Source of the DNA: an uncultured Clostridiaceae bacterium
Lineage (GTDB): Bacteria > Bacillota > Clostridia > CAYPLH01 > DUMO01
Length of the DNA: 64,000 nt
Direction of reading: 5' to 3'
Assembly (NCBI GenBank): GCA_964411505.1
Contig: CAYPLH010000004.1
Coordinates: 2,954-66,953, forward strand
The position numbers were made by a program, and so were the translations under genes. This document shows positions 12,148 to 20,294 of this stretch, piece by piece (position 1 is the stretch's first letter; every line of letters begins with the position of its first letter). The notes under the pieces are model-generated. The model did not search any database. It was not told the DNA's origin and was given only the letters and a program-made list of their open reading frames with translations.

Positions 12148-12240
12148 ATATTCCACTCACCGAGTTTTCTATCAAAATAAAGCTAATTGTTCTTTATGCT
12201 ACACTGTATCATCATAACTTAAAAAACGCACATGCGCAGT
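12148..12240. repeat. Dispersed ~90-nt intergenic repeat, copy 1 (TATTCCACTCACCGAGTTTTCTATCAAAATAAAGCTAATTGTTCTTTATGCTACACTGTATCAT...)
   Basis: It aligns by eye at roughly 85% identity with 14467-14556 in the same orientation. Confidence 0.75.
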
Positions 12241-12401
12241 TATATCATGCAATTTCTTCGAAATTCATGATATAATGTCCTCGTTGCCGAGGACATTATA
12301 CGCCTCCGGCGGAATTTATGTGCGTGCGATTTTTTTGCCAAGGCAAAAAACGCACATGCACTATTATATCATGCAATTTCTTACGAAATTCATGATATAA
12401 T
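12240..12401. repeat. Composite multi-hairpin repeat with an internal duplication of a ~57-nt unit (12221-12276 and 12345-12401)
   Basis: The hairpins are: TTATATCATGCAATTTC-TTCG-GAAATTCATGATATAA; a 13-bp perfect stem TATAATGTCCTCG-TTGC-CGAGGACATTATA (12271-12300); CGCC-TCC-GGCG; the long stem around TTTTTTTGCC-AA-GGCAAAAAA; and a second copy of the first hairpin. Confidence 0.8.
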
Positions 12402-12434
12402 AAACAAACATAATTTTTGTTAAGGTGATTATGC

Positions 12435-14279
12435 ATGTTTGATATACAGGAAGCGTTAAAAAATTTACCCGAGAGACCGGGTGTCTATTTGATGAAGGAC
12501 GAAAACAGAAAGGTTATCTATGTTGGCAAAGCTGTAGTGCTTAAAAACCGTGTTAGGCAGTATTTTCACTCTGTTAAGCACACACCTAAGGTGGCTGCGA
12601 TGGTTTCTTACATCAAGGAGTTTGAATATATTGTAACAGATAGCGAAATGGAAGCATTAATTTTAGAATGTAACCTTATAAAAAAATACAGACCTCGGTT
12701 TAACATATTATTAAAAGATGACAAGCATTATCCATATATCAAAGTTACAATGAATGAGATGTATCCTAGGATAATAAAGACGCGAAGGGTTGAAAAAGAT
12801 GGTGCAAAATATTTTGGACCGTATCTTAATGTTACAGTTATTAATGATACAATAAATCTTTTAAGAAAGCTTTTCCCATTAAAAACCTGTAATAAGATTC
12901 TTCCAAGAGATATAGGAAAGGGAAGACCTTGTCTTAATTATCATATAGAGCAGTGTATTGCACCATGCCAGGGGAGTGTCGACAAGGAAAAGTATCGCAG
13001 CGTTATGAAAGATATTTGTTTGTTTTTGGGGGGGCGGCAGGAAGAAATTATCAGAAAACTTGAAAATGAAATGAATGCATATGCCAAGAACATGGAATTT
13101 GAAAAGGCTGCTCGTCTTAGGGACAAGATAAACAGTTTAAAGAAGATTTCAGAAAAGCAAAAGGTTCTGTCAACTAATATGCAAGACCAGGATGTAATTG
13201 CAGTAGCAGGTGATGATACTGATTCATGTGTGCAGGTGTTTTTTATCCGTGGAGGTAAGCTTTTGGGGAGAGAGTTTTTTTTATTTGATCAGTTAGATGA
13301 AAATTGTGGGGAATTATTGATTTCATTTATTAAGCAATTTTATGGAAATGGACAATTTGTACCCAAAGAAATAATACTTCAGGGGAAATTTTTGGGTGAA
13401 GAAGATTTAAGCGAACTTGAAATTATCAAGTTCTGGCTTTCTAAGGAAAGAGGCTCAAAAGTTGTAGTAAGAGTGCCAAAAAGAGGCGAAAAGCTTAGAA
13501 TGGTAGAAATGGTTGAGGAAAATGCTAGGATAGACTTGGAGCAATACAAAAATGAACTTTCAAGAAGTCGGGAAGGCTTGGAAAAGCTTAAGGAGCTTTC
13601 GGGTATTTCGAATAAGTTGTCAAGGATTGAGGCTTATGATATTTCAAATACAGGCTCGTCTGAGATTGTGGCATCTATGGTTGTTTTTGAAAGAGGGAAA
13701 CCAGCTAATAGAGAATACAGAAGGTTTAAAATAAAAACAGTGTTATCCCCCGATGATTACAAAAGTATGCAGGAAGTGATAACCAGAAGGTTTAAAAGGG
13801 CTGTAAAAGAACGGGAAGAAGTGGATAGTGAAAAGAAAAAGTTTTCGAAATTACCAGATTTGATTCTGGTAGATGGAGGCTTGGGGCATGTAAATGCAGC
13901 AAATCAGATCCTTGATGAACTTGCGCTGAGTATACCAGTAATGGGGATGGTAAAGGATGACAAGCATCGAACCAGAGGGCTTGTGAATGCCAAGCAGGAA
14001 TTTGACTTACACGAAAATATGCCTGTTCTCAGGCTGATTACAGCCATACAGGATGAAGCGCATCGATTTGCGATAGAATACAATAGAAAACTTCGTGGTG
14101 TAAGACTAAAGAAGTCTGTTCTTGATGAGATTGAAGATATAGGACCTAAAAGAAAAAAAGAGCTTATCAAGCATTTTGGTTCGGTAAGCAATGTACGATC
14201 AGCTGGAGTTGATGACCTTATGGCTGTTGAAGGTATAAGTGAAAAGATCGCACAAAAGATTTATGACTATTTTCATTAA
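12435..14279 (+). CDS. uvrC: Excinuclease ABC subunit C
   Basis: An N-terminal GIY-YIG module (PGVYLMKDENRKVIYVGKA...LKNRVRQYF), a UVR domain (FEKAARLRDKINSL), and a C-terminal endonuclease plus HhH region (GPKRKKELIKHFGS). Confidence 0.95.
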   Translation: MFDIQEALKNLPERPGVYLMKDENRKVIYVGKAVVLKNRVRQYFHSVKHTPKVAAMVSYIKEFEYIVTDSEMEALILECNLIKKYRPRFNILLKDDKHYPYIKVTMNEMYPRIIKTRRVEKDGAKYFGPYLNVTVINDTINLLRKLFPLKTCNKILPRDIGKGRPCLNYHIEQCIAPCQGSVDKEKYRSVMKDICLFLGGRQEEIIRKLENEMNAYAKNMEFEKAARLRDKINSLKKISEKQKVLSTNMQDQDVIAVAGDDTDSCVQVFFIRGGKLLGREFFLFDQLDENCGELLISFIKQFYGNGQFVPKEIILQGKFLGEEDLSELEIIKFWLSKERGSKVVVRVPKRGEKLRMVEMVEENARIDLEQYKNELSRSREGLEKLKELSGISNKLSRIEAYDISNTGSSEIVASMVVFERGKPANREYRRFKIKTVLSPDDYKSMQEVITRRFKRAVKEREEVDSEKKKFSKLPDLILVDGGLGHVNAANQILDELALSIPVMGMVKDDKHRTRGLVNAKQEFDLHENMPVLRLITAIQDEAHRFAIEYNRKLRGVRLKKSVLDEIEDIGPKRKKELIKHFGSVSNVRSAGVDDLMAVEGISEKIAQKIYDYFH

Positions 14280-14400
14280 TAGTATACTTTGATACAATTC
14301 AATACAATTTTTTACTAATAGTATAATGATAAAGCGTAACAACAGAACAGGCTAATTATTTTGAGAAAACCAACGGTTCCCGGAATATAAAAATGCTAAC

Positions 14401-14560
14401 GCTTTTTATGCGCCATCCGTGGCGCAAAAAAGCTAAAAAACGTCGTGTTTTTTTCACGCATTTTTTTATTCCACTCACCGGGTTTTCTAGCAAAATAAAG
14501 CCAATTGTTCTTTTTGTTACACTATATCATTATTCAATATTTAAAAACCGCATTTACATT
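14401..14560. repeat. Composite intergenic repeat: hairpin modules followed by copy 2 of the ~90-nt repeat (14467-14556)
   Basis: GCTTTTT-AT-GCGCCA-TCCG-TGGCGC-AAAAAAGC forms an extended hairpin at 14401-14433. It is followed by TATTCCACTCACCGGGTTTTCTAGCAAAATAAAGCCAATTGTTC..., which matches 12148-12240. Confidence 0.75.
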
Positions 14561-14585
14561 CAAATACTTAAACTATTGCCCAATT

Positions 14586-15221
14586 TTATCCTATGCATGC
14601 CTTTAAGGCTTCATCTGAAGCTGAAGCAGCATCAGGAGTATAAATGTCAGCCCCAATGCTCTTGCAGTAGCTGTCTGTAACTGGTGCGCCACCTACCATT
14701 ATTGTTACTTTGTCTCGAATACCTGATTCTTCTGTAGCTTTTACTATATTTTTCATTTCAACCATTGTTGTGGTTAGAAGTGCAGAGCATGCTATAATTT
14801 GTGCATCATTCTCTTTGGCTGCTTCTACGAATTTTTCAGGTGTAACATCAACACCAAGGTCAATTACTTCAAGACCTTTTCCTTCCATCATCATCTTGAC
14901 AAGGTTTTTACCTATGTCATGAAGGTCGCCTTTAACAGTCCCGATAACAACTTTTCCCTTTGCTTTGACTCCACTTGAAGCAAGCAGCGGTTTTAAAATT
15001 TCAACACCAGCATTCATAGCCCTAGCAGCTATAAGCACCTCAGGCACATAGACTTCATTATTCTTAAATTTTTCTCCGATAATACCCATACCGCTAAGCA
15101 AACCTTCGTTAAGAATTGTTTCGACATCTATTCCGTCATCAATTGCTTTTTGCACGAGTTCCTTAACATTTTTTGCCCTACCTTGCTGTAGATATTCAGA
15201 AATTTCGTTCATAAGGCCCAT
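14586..15221 (-). CDS. Stand-alone corrinoid (cobalamin-binding) protein: B12-binding cap plus Rossmann-type B12-binding domain
   Basis: The DxHxxG cobalamin-ligand motif is present in GDLHDIGKNLV. The 211-aa length and layout are typical of methyltransferase-cognate corrinoid proteins. Confidence 0.85.
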   Translation of the reverse strand: MGLMNEISEYLQQGRAKNVKELVQKAIDDGIDVETILNEGLLSGMGIIGEKFKNNEVYVPEVLIAARAMNAGVEILKPLLASSGVKAKGKVVIGTVKGDLHDIGKNLVKMMMEGKGLEVIDLGVDVTPEKFVEAAKENDAQIIACSALLTTTMVEMKNIVKATEESGIRDKVTIMVGGAPVTDSYCKSIGADIYTPDAASASDEALKACIG

Positions 15222-15296
15222 ACTAATTTTCCCCCTTGATAGTTTTAAATAATTTATATCATCCTGTCAAATCTCTTCACAGGTTGCTATACATGC

Positions 15297-16631
15297 TTAT
15301 TGTGACCTAGTGTTTCCTCGTGATTCTCTATATTTTCCTGGGCTTACTCCTGTTATTTTTTTGAACACCTTTGTAAAATAACTCTGATCCTCATAACCTA
15401 CCAAGTTCGATATCTCTACTAGTGACAGAGAATCATCGGTTAGTAATCTTTTACTGGTTTCAATGCGTGCCTGATTTAAATAGGAGTTAAAGCTTTGTTT
15501 CATTTCCTTTTTGAATATTTTACTGAAGTATGACGAACTTAAGTATACATGGTTTGCCACATCTTCAAGTGAAATTTTATTCATAAGATTTCGCTTTATA
15601 TAAGCAATGGACTTGTATATTACGTCCACATGCTTTACATCTGTCAGGTTAAATACGCAATCTGTAAACCTTGTCATTATTTTTGACATCCAGAAGGTTA
15701 GCTCATTAATTGTTTTAAATTTATGTATTTGATTCAGATACTTGTAATTTAAGCCAAAAATCTGTTCTACATCAGCTCCCCCCTCAACAGCAGCTCTGGA
15801 AAGCAATACAATAAGCTCCAGTATTCTTGCTTTAATAATTTCAAAATTACCGCCTGTCGAGAAGAAAACATGTCCTAAAATTTCATTAAGTAGTTTTCTG
15901 GAGGCGGCTATGTCACCAATAGAAATCTGATATAAAAGCTCACGCTCTTTTTCAAGTGGATAATTCACTAAGTTTTCTTCAGAACCACCCATTGTTTTAA
16001 TGAAATAAATATATTCAGATATATCAGACTGCTGTTTGAGATGTTCTCTCTCATCGTCATATTTTGATGGTTGGGGATCTGATATGTAAGCAGCTGTAAC
16101 AAATAGCATTTCTGAAAGCTCGCTAACTCTGTCAGGCTTTACAACAGGGATATCTTTTATAAGCCGCATAAGCTCCTCATAATCTTTACTGTTGATGCTA
16201 AAACGACCGAGCAACTCATCAATCAGAAAATCATCAGGGTCAACCATATGCACTGGTCCTGCGACAAGTGCCCCACTCATTATACCGTAGTTGGATATTG
16301 GAGAGGACCAATGTACAAGACCTAAAGGACAGAAAAATATATAACTACCGCCAAACCTTTCTGCCTGATAACTTCCATATAGATGAACTTTCGAACAGCT
16401 AAGCTGACCTTTTAGTAATTTTTGCGCCTCTATACAAAATCTGCAATTATCTCCATTACTACGTATTCCATATTTGCATTCGGAACTTGATTTTTGACCT
16501 GTACCATAAATTGTGTTCCCATGATCATCTATAAGGATACAGTTTACCATGACTGATTTGCTATAAACGTCGGTATACTTTTTTGCTGTTTCAAAATTAA
16601 AGCCAAGATCCTCTCTTACTAATGATGTCAT
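15297..16631 (-). CDS. AraC-family transcriptional regulator with an N-terminal PocR sensor domain
   Basis: The N-terminal half is Cys-containing (CRFCIEAQK, FFCPLGLVHW), as in PocR domains. The C-terminal part is an AraC HTH pair (SSSYFSKIFKKEMKQSF...GYEDQSYFTKVFKKITGVSPGKYR). Confidence 0.85.
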   Translation of the reverse strand: MTSLVREDLGFNFETAKKYTDVYSKSVMVNCILIDDHGNTIYGTGQKSSSECKYGIRSNGDNCRFCIEAQKLLKGQLSCSKVHLYGSYQAERFGGSYIFFCPLGLVHWSSPISNYGIMSGALVAGPVHMVDPDDFLIDELLGRFSINSKDYEELMRLIKDIPVVKPDRVSELSEMLFVTAAYISDPQPSKYDDEREHLKQQSDISEYIYFIKTMGGSEENLVNYPLEKERELLYQISIGDIAASRKLLNEILGHVFFSTGGNFEIIKARILELIVLLSRAAVEGGADVEQIFGLNYKYLNQIHKFKTINELTFWMSKIMTRFTDCVFNLTDVKHVDVIYKSIAYIKRNLMNKISLEDVANHVYLSSSYFSKIFKKEMKQSFNSYLNQARIETSKRLLTDDSLSLVEISNLVGYEDQSYFTKVFKKITGVSPGKYRESRGNTRSQ

Positions 16632-16998
16632 AAGTTCAACTCTTTCTAAGGCATATTAATGAGGTGTCAAGAAGAATGAATCTAGCAAATCGAGTAAATC
16701 ACACACCTTCTATATTAAAATATACCAAATTCCGATCCTTTAGTAAATGGTTAATATCAACAAAAAGCCGCGATGACTTTTCTGTTACACAATCATATTA
16801 CTATTTTAAGATAAACTGGTATTGAAATATTTTTCGTTTTTTTGTACTTTTCAGCCATATACTCTAAAAAACTTACTCATCCATGTGTTCTAGCGTTTCA
16901 AAACCAAGCTTGCCTGAGGGTGCTACCTCGCCATGTTTAACAAGCATCATGAAAAATATTGATATAATTATTACATAAAATTAAAAGGGACTGTATCA

Positions 16999-17598
16999 TT
17001 ATTTGTCCTCAGAATAATTTATACTGCCAAGGATTTCCTCCCAAAGCGTTTCCCTTCCAATACTTTTAGTTGTTGAACAGGGTATAATTTTAATTTCATT
17101 TCCTGAAGAAAATGTATCCTTTATCGCCTTTAATGAAGCATGCATTTTAGAACGAGATAATTTGTCTGCTTTTGTAGCGCATATTATAAATGGTATTTTA
17201 TAATGCTTTATCCAATTGTACATTAGTAAGTCGTTTTCCCCTGGCTTATGGCGTATATCCACTAGTAACACCAAAAAACAAAGCTGTTCACGATTGTAAA
17301 GGTATGAATCTATAAGCTTACCCCATGCTTCCTGCTCTGATTTTGATACACTCGCATATCCATAACCGGGAAGGTCAACAAAAAACAGTTTGTTATCAAT
17401 ACTATAAAAATTTATTACTCTTGTTTTCCCTGGTTTTGCGCCAACCCGCGCGAGACTTTTTCTATTTAAGAGAAAATTAATAAGTGAAGATTTACCCACA
17501 TTAGATTTACCAATAAAAGCAATCTCAGGCATGTTGGTTTTGGGAAATTGTTTAGTTTGTGCCGCAGTTTTATGAAGTTCAACATTATTCAGGTTCAC
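16999..17598 (-). CDS. engB: Ribosome biogenesis GTPase YsxC/EngB
   Basis: The G1 motif is GKSNVGKSSLIN, the G3 motif is DLPGYGY, and the G4 motif is TKADK. Confidence 0.9.
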   Translation of the reverse strand: MNLNNVELHKTAAQTKQFPKTNMPEIAFIGKSNVGKSSLINFLLNRKSLARVGAKPGKTRVINFYSIDNKLFFVDLPGYGYASVSKSEQEAWGKLIDSYLYNREQLCFLVLLVDIRHKPGENDLLMYNWIKHYKIPFIICATKADKLSRSKMHASLKAIKDTFSSGNEIKIIPCSTTKSIGRETLWEEILGSINYSEDK

Positions 17599-17721
17599 TA
17601 AATCACCTCTTGATATTTTATAAAATCATTGTCTTATGGAATCTATATTTATAATGCCTTAGTTTCGTAATGTTAATTATAACAGAAAAACGTCACAAGG
17701 TAACAGCTGATTTCATAATTT

Positions 17722-17973
17722 GTGTCTATTCAGAGGTAGCTTTTCTTTCATGAAGAATCATCTCTAATACAGCTAGTTACAGCGAAGCTTAGGAAAACAC
17801 AATTTAAAATGCCTTAGAGTTTAGTAATGTCCGTGCTGTTTGAACGCAAGTGAGTTCACGGAATTACTTAACGAGAAGGCATTTTAAATTGATTGTTTTC
17901 ATTGCTGAAGCTGTATTGCAGTATTGGAGATGATTCTTCAGTTAATATGTTTGAGCTACCTCTGAATAGACAC
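17722..17973. mobile_element. 252-bp MITE-like non-autonomous element
   Basis: It has perfect 19-bp terminal inverted repeats GTGTCTATTCAGAGGTAGC (17722-17740 and 17955-17973). It is flanked by a perfect 8-bp direct repeat CATAATTT (17714-17721 and 17974-17981). The interior is itself largely self-complementary and has no coding capacity. Confidence 0.8.
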
Positions 17974-18140
17974 CATAATTTCTAAATGTCAGGGTGGCTT
18001 TAAAAAGAATATCTATAATTCATTATTAAATTGTGATACAATATTTAAAGTCTTTGTAGCAGATCTTTTGTGGAATACTTATACTAGAATGTTCTATTTA
18101 TATATTACATACATTATCATTATGGGGGGGACTTACAAAA

Positions 18141-19088
18141 ATGGGAGTTGAATCTATAAGAGAACTTGGAATCAAAATTAAAAATAATATTAAGAAGGTT
18201 ATTGTCGGAAAAGATGATGTTATAGATATTGTATTGGTTTCGCTAATTAGCTCGGGGCATGTGCTTCTTGAAGATGTACCCGGTGTAGGAAAAACAATGC
18301 TTGCAAAATGTCTTTCAAAATCCATTGACTGTGAATTTAAAAGGATACAATTTACTCCTGATTTACTGCCATCAGACCTTAGCGGTATTAACTATTATAA
18401 CCAGAAAGAAGGAGAGTTTGTTTTTAGGGAAGGTCCTATTTTTGCTTGTATTTTACTGGCTGACGAGATCAACAGGGCAACTCCCAGAACACAGTCTAGC
18501 CTTTTGGAGTGTATGGAGGAACAGCAGGTTACAATTGATGGTGAGACGAAACTTTTACCTGAACCTTTTTTTGTTATTGCAACTCAAAATCCAGTCGAGA
18601 TACAAGGTACATTCCCTTTGCCTGAGGCTCAGATGGATAGGTTCATTGTACGCATAAAAATGGGGTATCCATCATTAGAAGAAGGCAAGCTTATATTGGA
18701 TAGGTACCAAAGCGGTAGTCCAATTACCCAAGTGGATGCAGTTGCAGATGCTAATGATATAATTACCGCGCAAAAAGAGCTGCTAAAAGTAAAGATTGGA
18801 AGCGCTTCAAAGGAATATGTTCTTAAAATAATTGAAAGAACCAGAAAGCATGATAACATTATTCTTGGTGTGAGCCCAAGAGGAAGTATCGCACTTATGA
18901 AGGCTTCACAAGCCTTTGCAGCTTTAAACGGGAGAGCGTATGTGACCCCTGATGATATTAAGTATCTTGCTCCTTTTGTACTTTCGCACAGACTTTTACT
19001 TAAGGGGCATGCAGTTACCAGTGGAACAGATGCAGCTGAAAGCCTTATACACAGCATATTAAATGAAGTTAAGACACCGATTGAGTAA
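18141..19088 (+). CDS. MoxR-family AAA+ ATPase
   Basis: Walker A is EDVPGVGKT and Walker B is LLADEINRA. The TPRTQSSLLECMEEQQVTIDG motif is also present. Confidence 0.9.
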   Translation: MGVESIRELGIKIKNNIKKVIVGKDDVIDIVLVSLISSGHVLLEDVPGVGKTMLAKCLSKSIDCEFKRIQFTPDLLPSDLSGINYYNQKEGEFVFREGPIFACILLADEINRATPRTQSSLLECMEEQQVTIDGETKLLPEPFFVIATQNPVEIQGTFPLPEAQMDRFIVRIKMGYPSLEEGKLILDRYQSGSPITQVDAVADANDIITAQKELLKVKIGSASKEYVLKIIERTRKHDNIILGVSPRGSIALMKASQAFAALNGRAYVTPDDIKYLAPFVLSHRLLLKGHAVTSGTDAAESLIHSILNEVKTPIE

Positions 19089-19169
19089 ACAAGACTAATG
19101 ACAACTAACTACATTTAAGGGCAGTGGTTTTGACTAATTTTATTAAATGGTGGAAAGTAGAGGGTTTCT

Positions 19170-20294
19170 ATGGATATAATTGCCATGGTGGTGATAATGC
19201 TTATTGCTGTATGGTTGCAATATACAATTTTTTTTGAAAAAGTGTTCAGTAAACTGGATTATAAATGTGAATTTAGCAAGACTGAGGTCTGCGAGGGTGA
19301 TGAGCTTTTACTTGTTGAAACAGTTCACAACAAGAAACTTTTGCCTGTACCGTGGCTTAAGGTTGATATAAACTCTTCTAAGTGGCTGGATTTTGCAAAT
19401 ACCCGGTCTGTAGTTGCGCAAGAAAACCGGTATGTTACAAGCAGTTTCCTTTTAAAAAGTTATCAGAAGACAGTAAGACGTTGGAAGGTGAAGTGTCTGA
19501 AACGTGGTGTGTATACAACAAAAAATGTTACACTCTTGAGCGGAGATCCGCTTGGAATTGGCACAAATTCAAAAGCGGTTCCTGTCAACACTACTCTAAC
19601 CGTGTATCCTTCAGTTATTGATTTTGAACAATTGTTTATTCAATCAAATTATCTCCAGGGCGATACTATTGTAAAAAGGTGGGTTGTGGATGACCCTTTC
19701 ATGGTGTCTGGAACTAGGGAATACACGCCTGGTGATCCAGTGAACCGAATTCATTGGTCGGCAACAGCCAGAGCAGGGAAGCTCATGGTTAAAAAGAATG
19801 ATTATACGGCACAACCGGCATTAACCGTAGTCTTAAATATACAATCTATAGAAAATGAGTATCATGGTACGGTGGATAAAGATATTATTGAGCTTGGAAT
19901 AAAAGTTGCTGCAACCATGTTTGACAGAGCATTAAAAAACGGTGTACCTGTCAGGTTTGCATCTAATGGATGCGTTAGCAGTGAACCGGACAATATGATA
20001 TTTACTGCTGAATCAAGCGGTATGGAGCATGTGAGAGGTCTAATGAGTATACTTGCTAGGCTTGAGCTTAAAAGGAACAGAGATTTTGAAGAGTACTTAA
20101 ATAATCTTGAAAAAGAAGTTGCAGGTGCTGATATTGTTATAATTACAGCCTATATGAATCCTGGTTTGTATGATGCAGTTTACAAGTTGAAATCCAGAAA
20201 AAACAGCGTTACCATAGTTGCGCTTCGCAAGTTGGAGGCAAGGAATATAATGAATGATATTGACATTTATTATCCGGCTGGAGTTGATTACTGA
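19170..20294 (+). CDS. DUF58 (vWA-like) protein, MoxR partner
   Basis: An N-terminal TM helix and the REYTPGDPVNRIHWSATARAGKLMVKK motif typical of DUF58. The gene directly follows moxR. Confidence 0.8.
   Translation: MDIIAMVVIMLIAVWLQYTIFFEKVFSKLDYKCEFSKTEVCEGDELLLVETVHNKKLLPVPWLKVDINSSKWLDFANTRSVVAQENRYVTSSFLLKSYQKTVRRWKVKCLKRGVYTTKNVTLLSGDPLGIGTNSKAVPVNTTLTVYPSVIDFEQLFIQSNYLQGDTIVKRWVVDDPFMVSGTREYTPGDPVNRIHWSATARAGKLMVKKNDYTAQPALTVVLNIQSIENEYHGTVDKDIIELGIKVAATMFDRALKNGVPVRFASNGCVSSEPDNMIFTAESSGMEHVRGLMSILARLELKRNRDFEEYLNNLEKEVAGADIVIITAYMNPGLYDAVYKLKSRKNSVTIVALRKLEARNIMNDIDIYYPAGVDY

Noticed and set aside
12221-12401. A possible CRISPR array, because a ~57-nt unit recurs with a ~68-nt spacer.
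   Set aside because: There are only two copies. The units are long palindromes, unlike typical CRISPR repeats. The intervening sequence is itself a repeat family member, and there are no cas genes in the window.
16632-16998. A possible gene remnant in the 367-nt spacer upstream of the PocR regulator. A short minus-strand reading gives MMLVKHGEVAPSGKLGFETLEHMDE.
   Set aside because: It is too short to assign to any family by eye, and there is no supporting motif.
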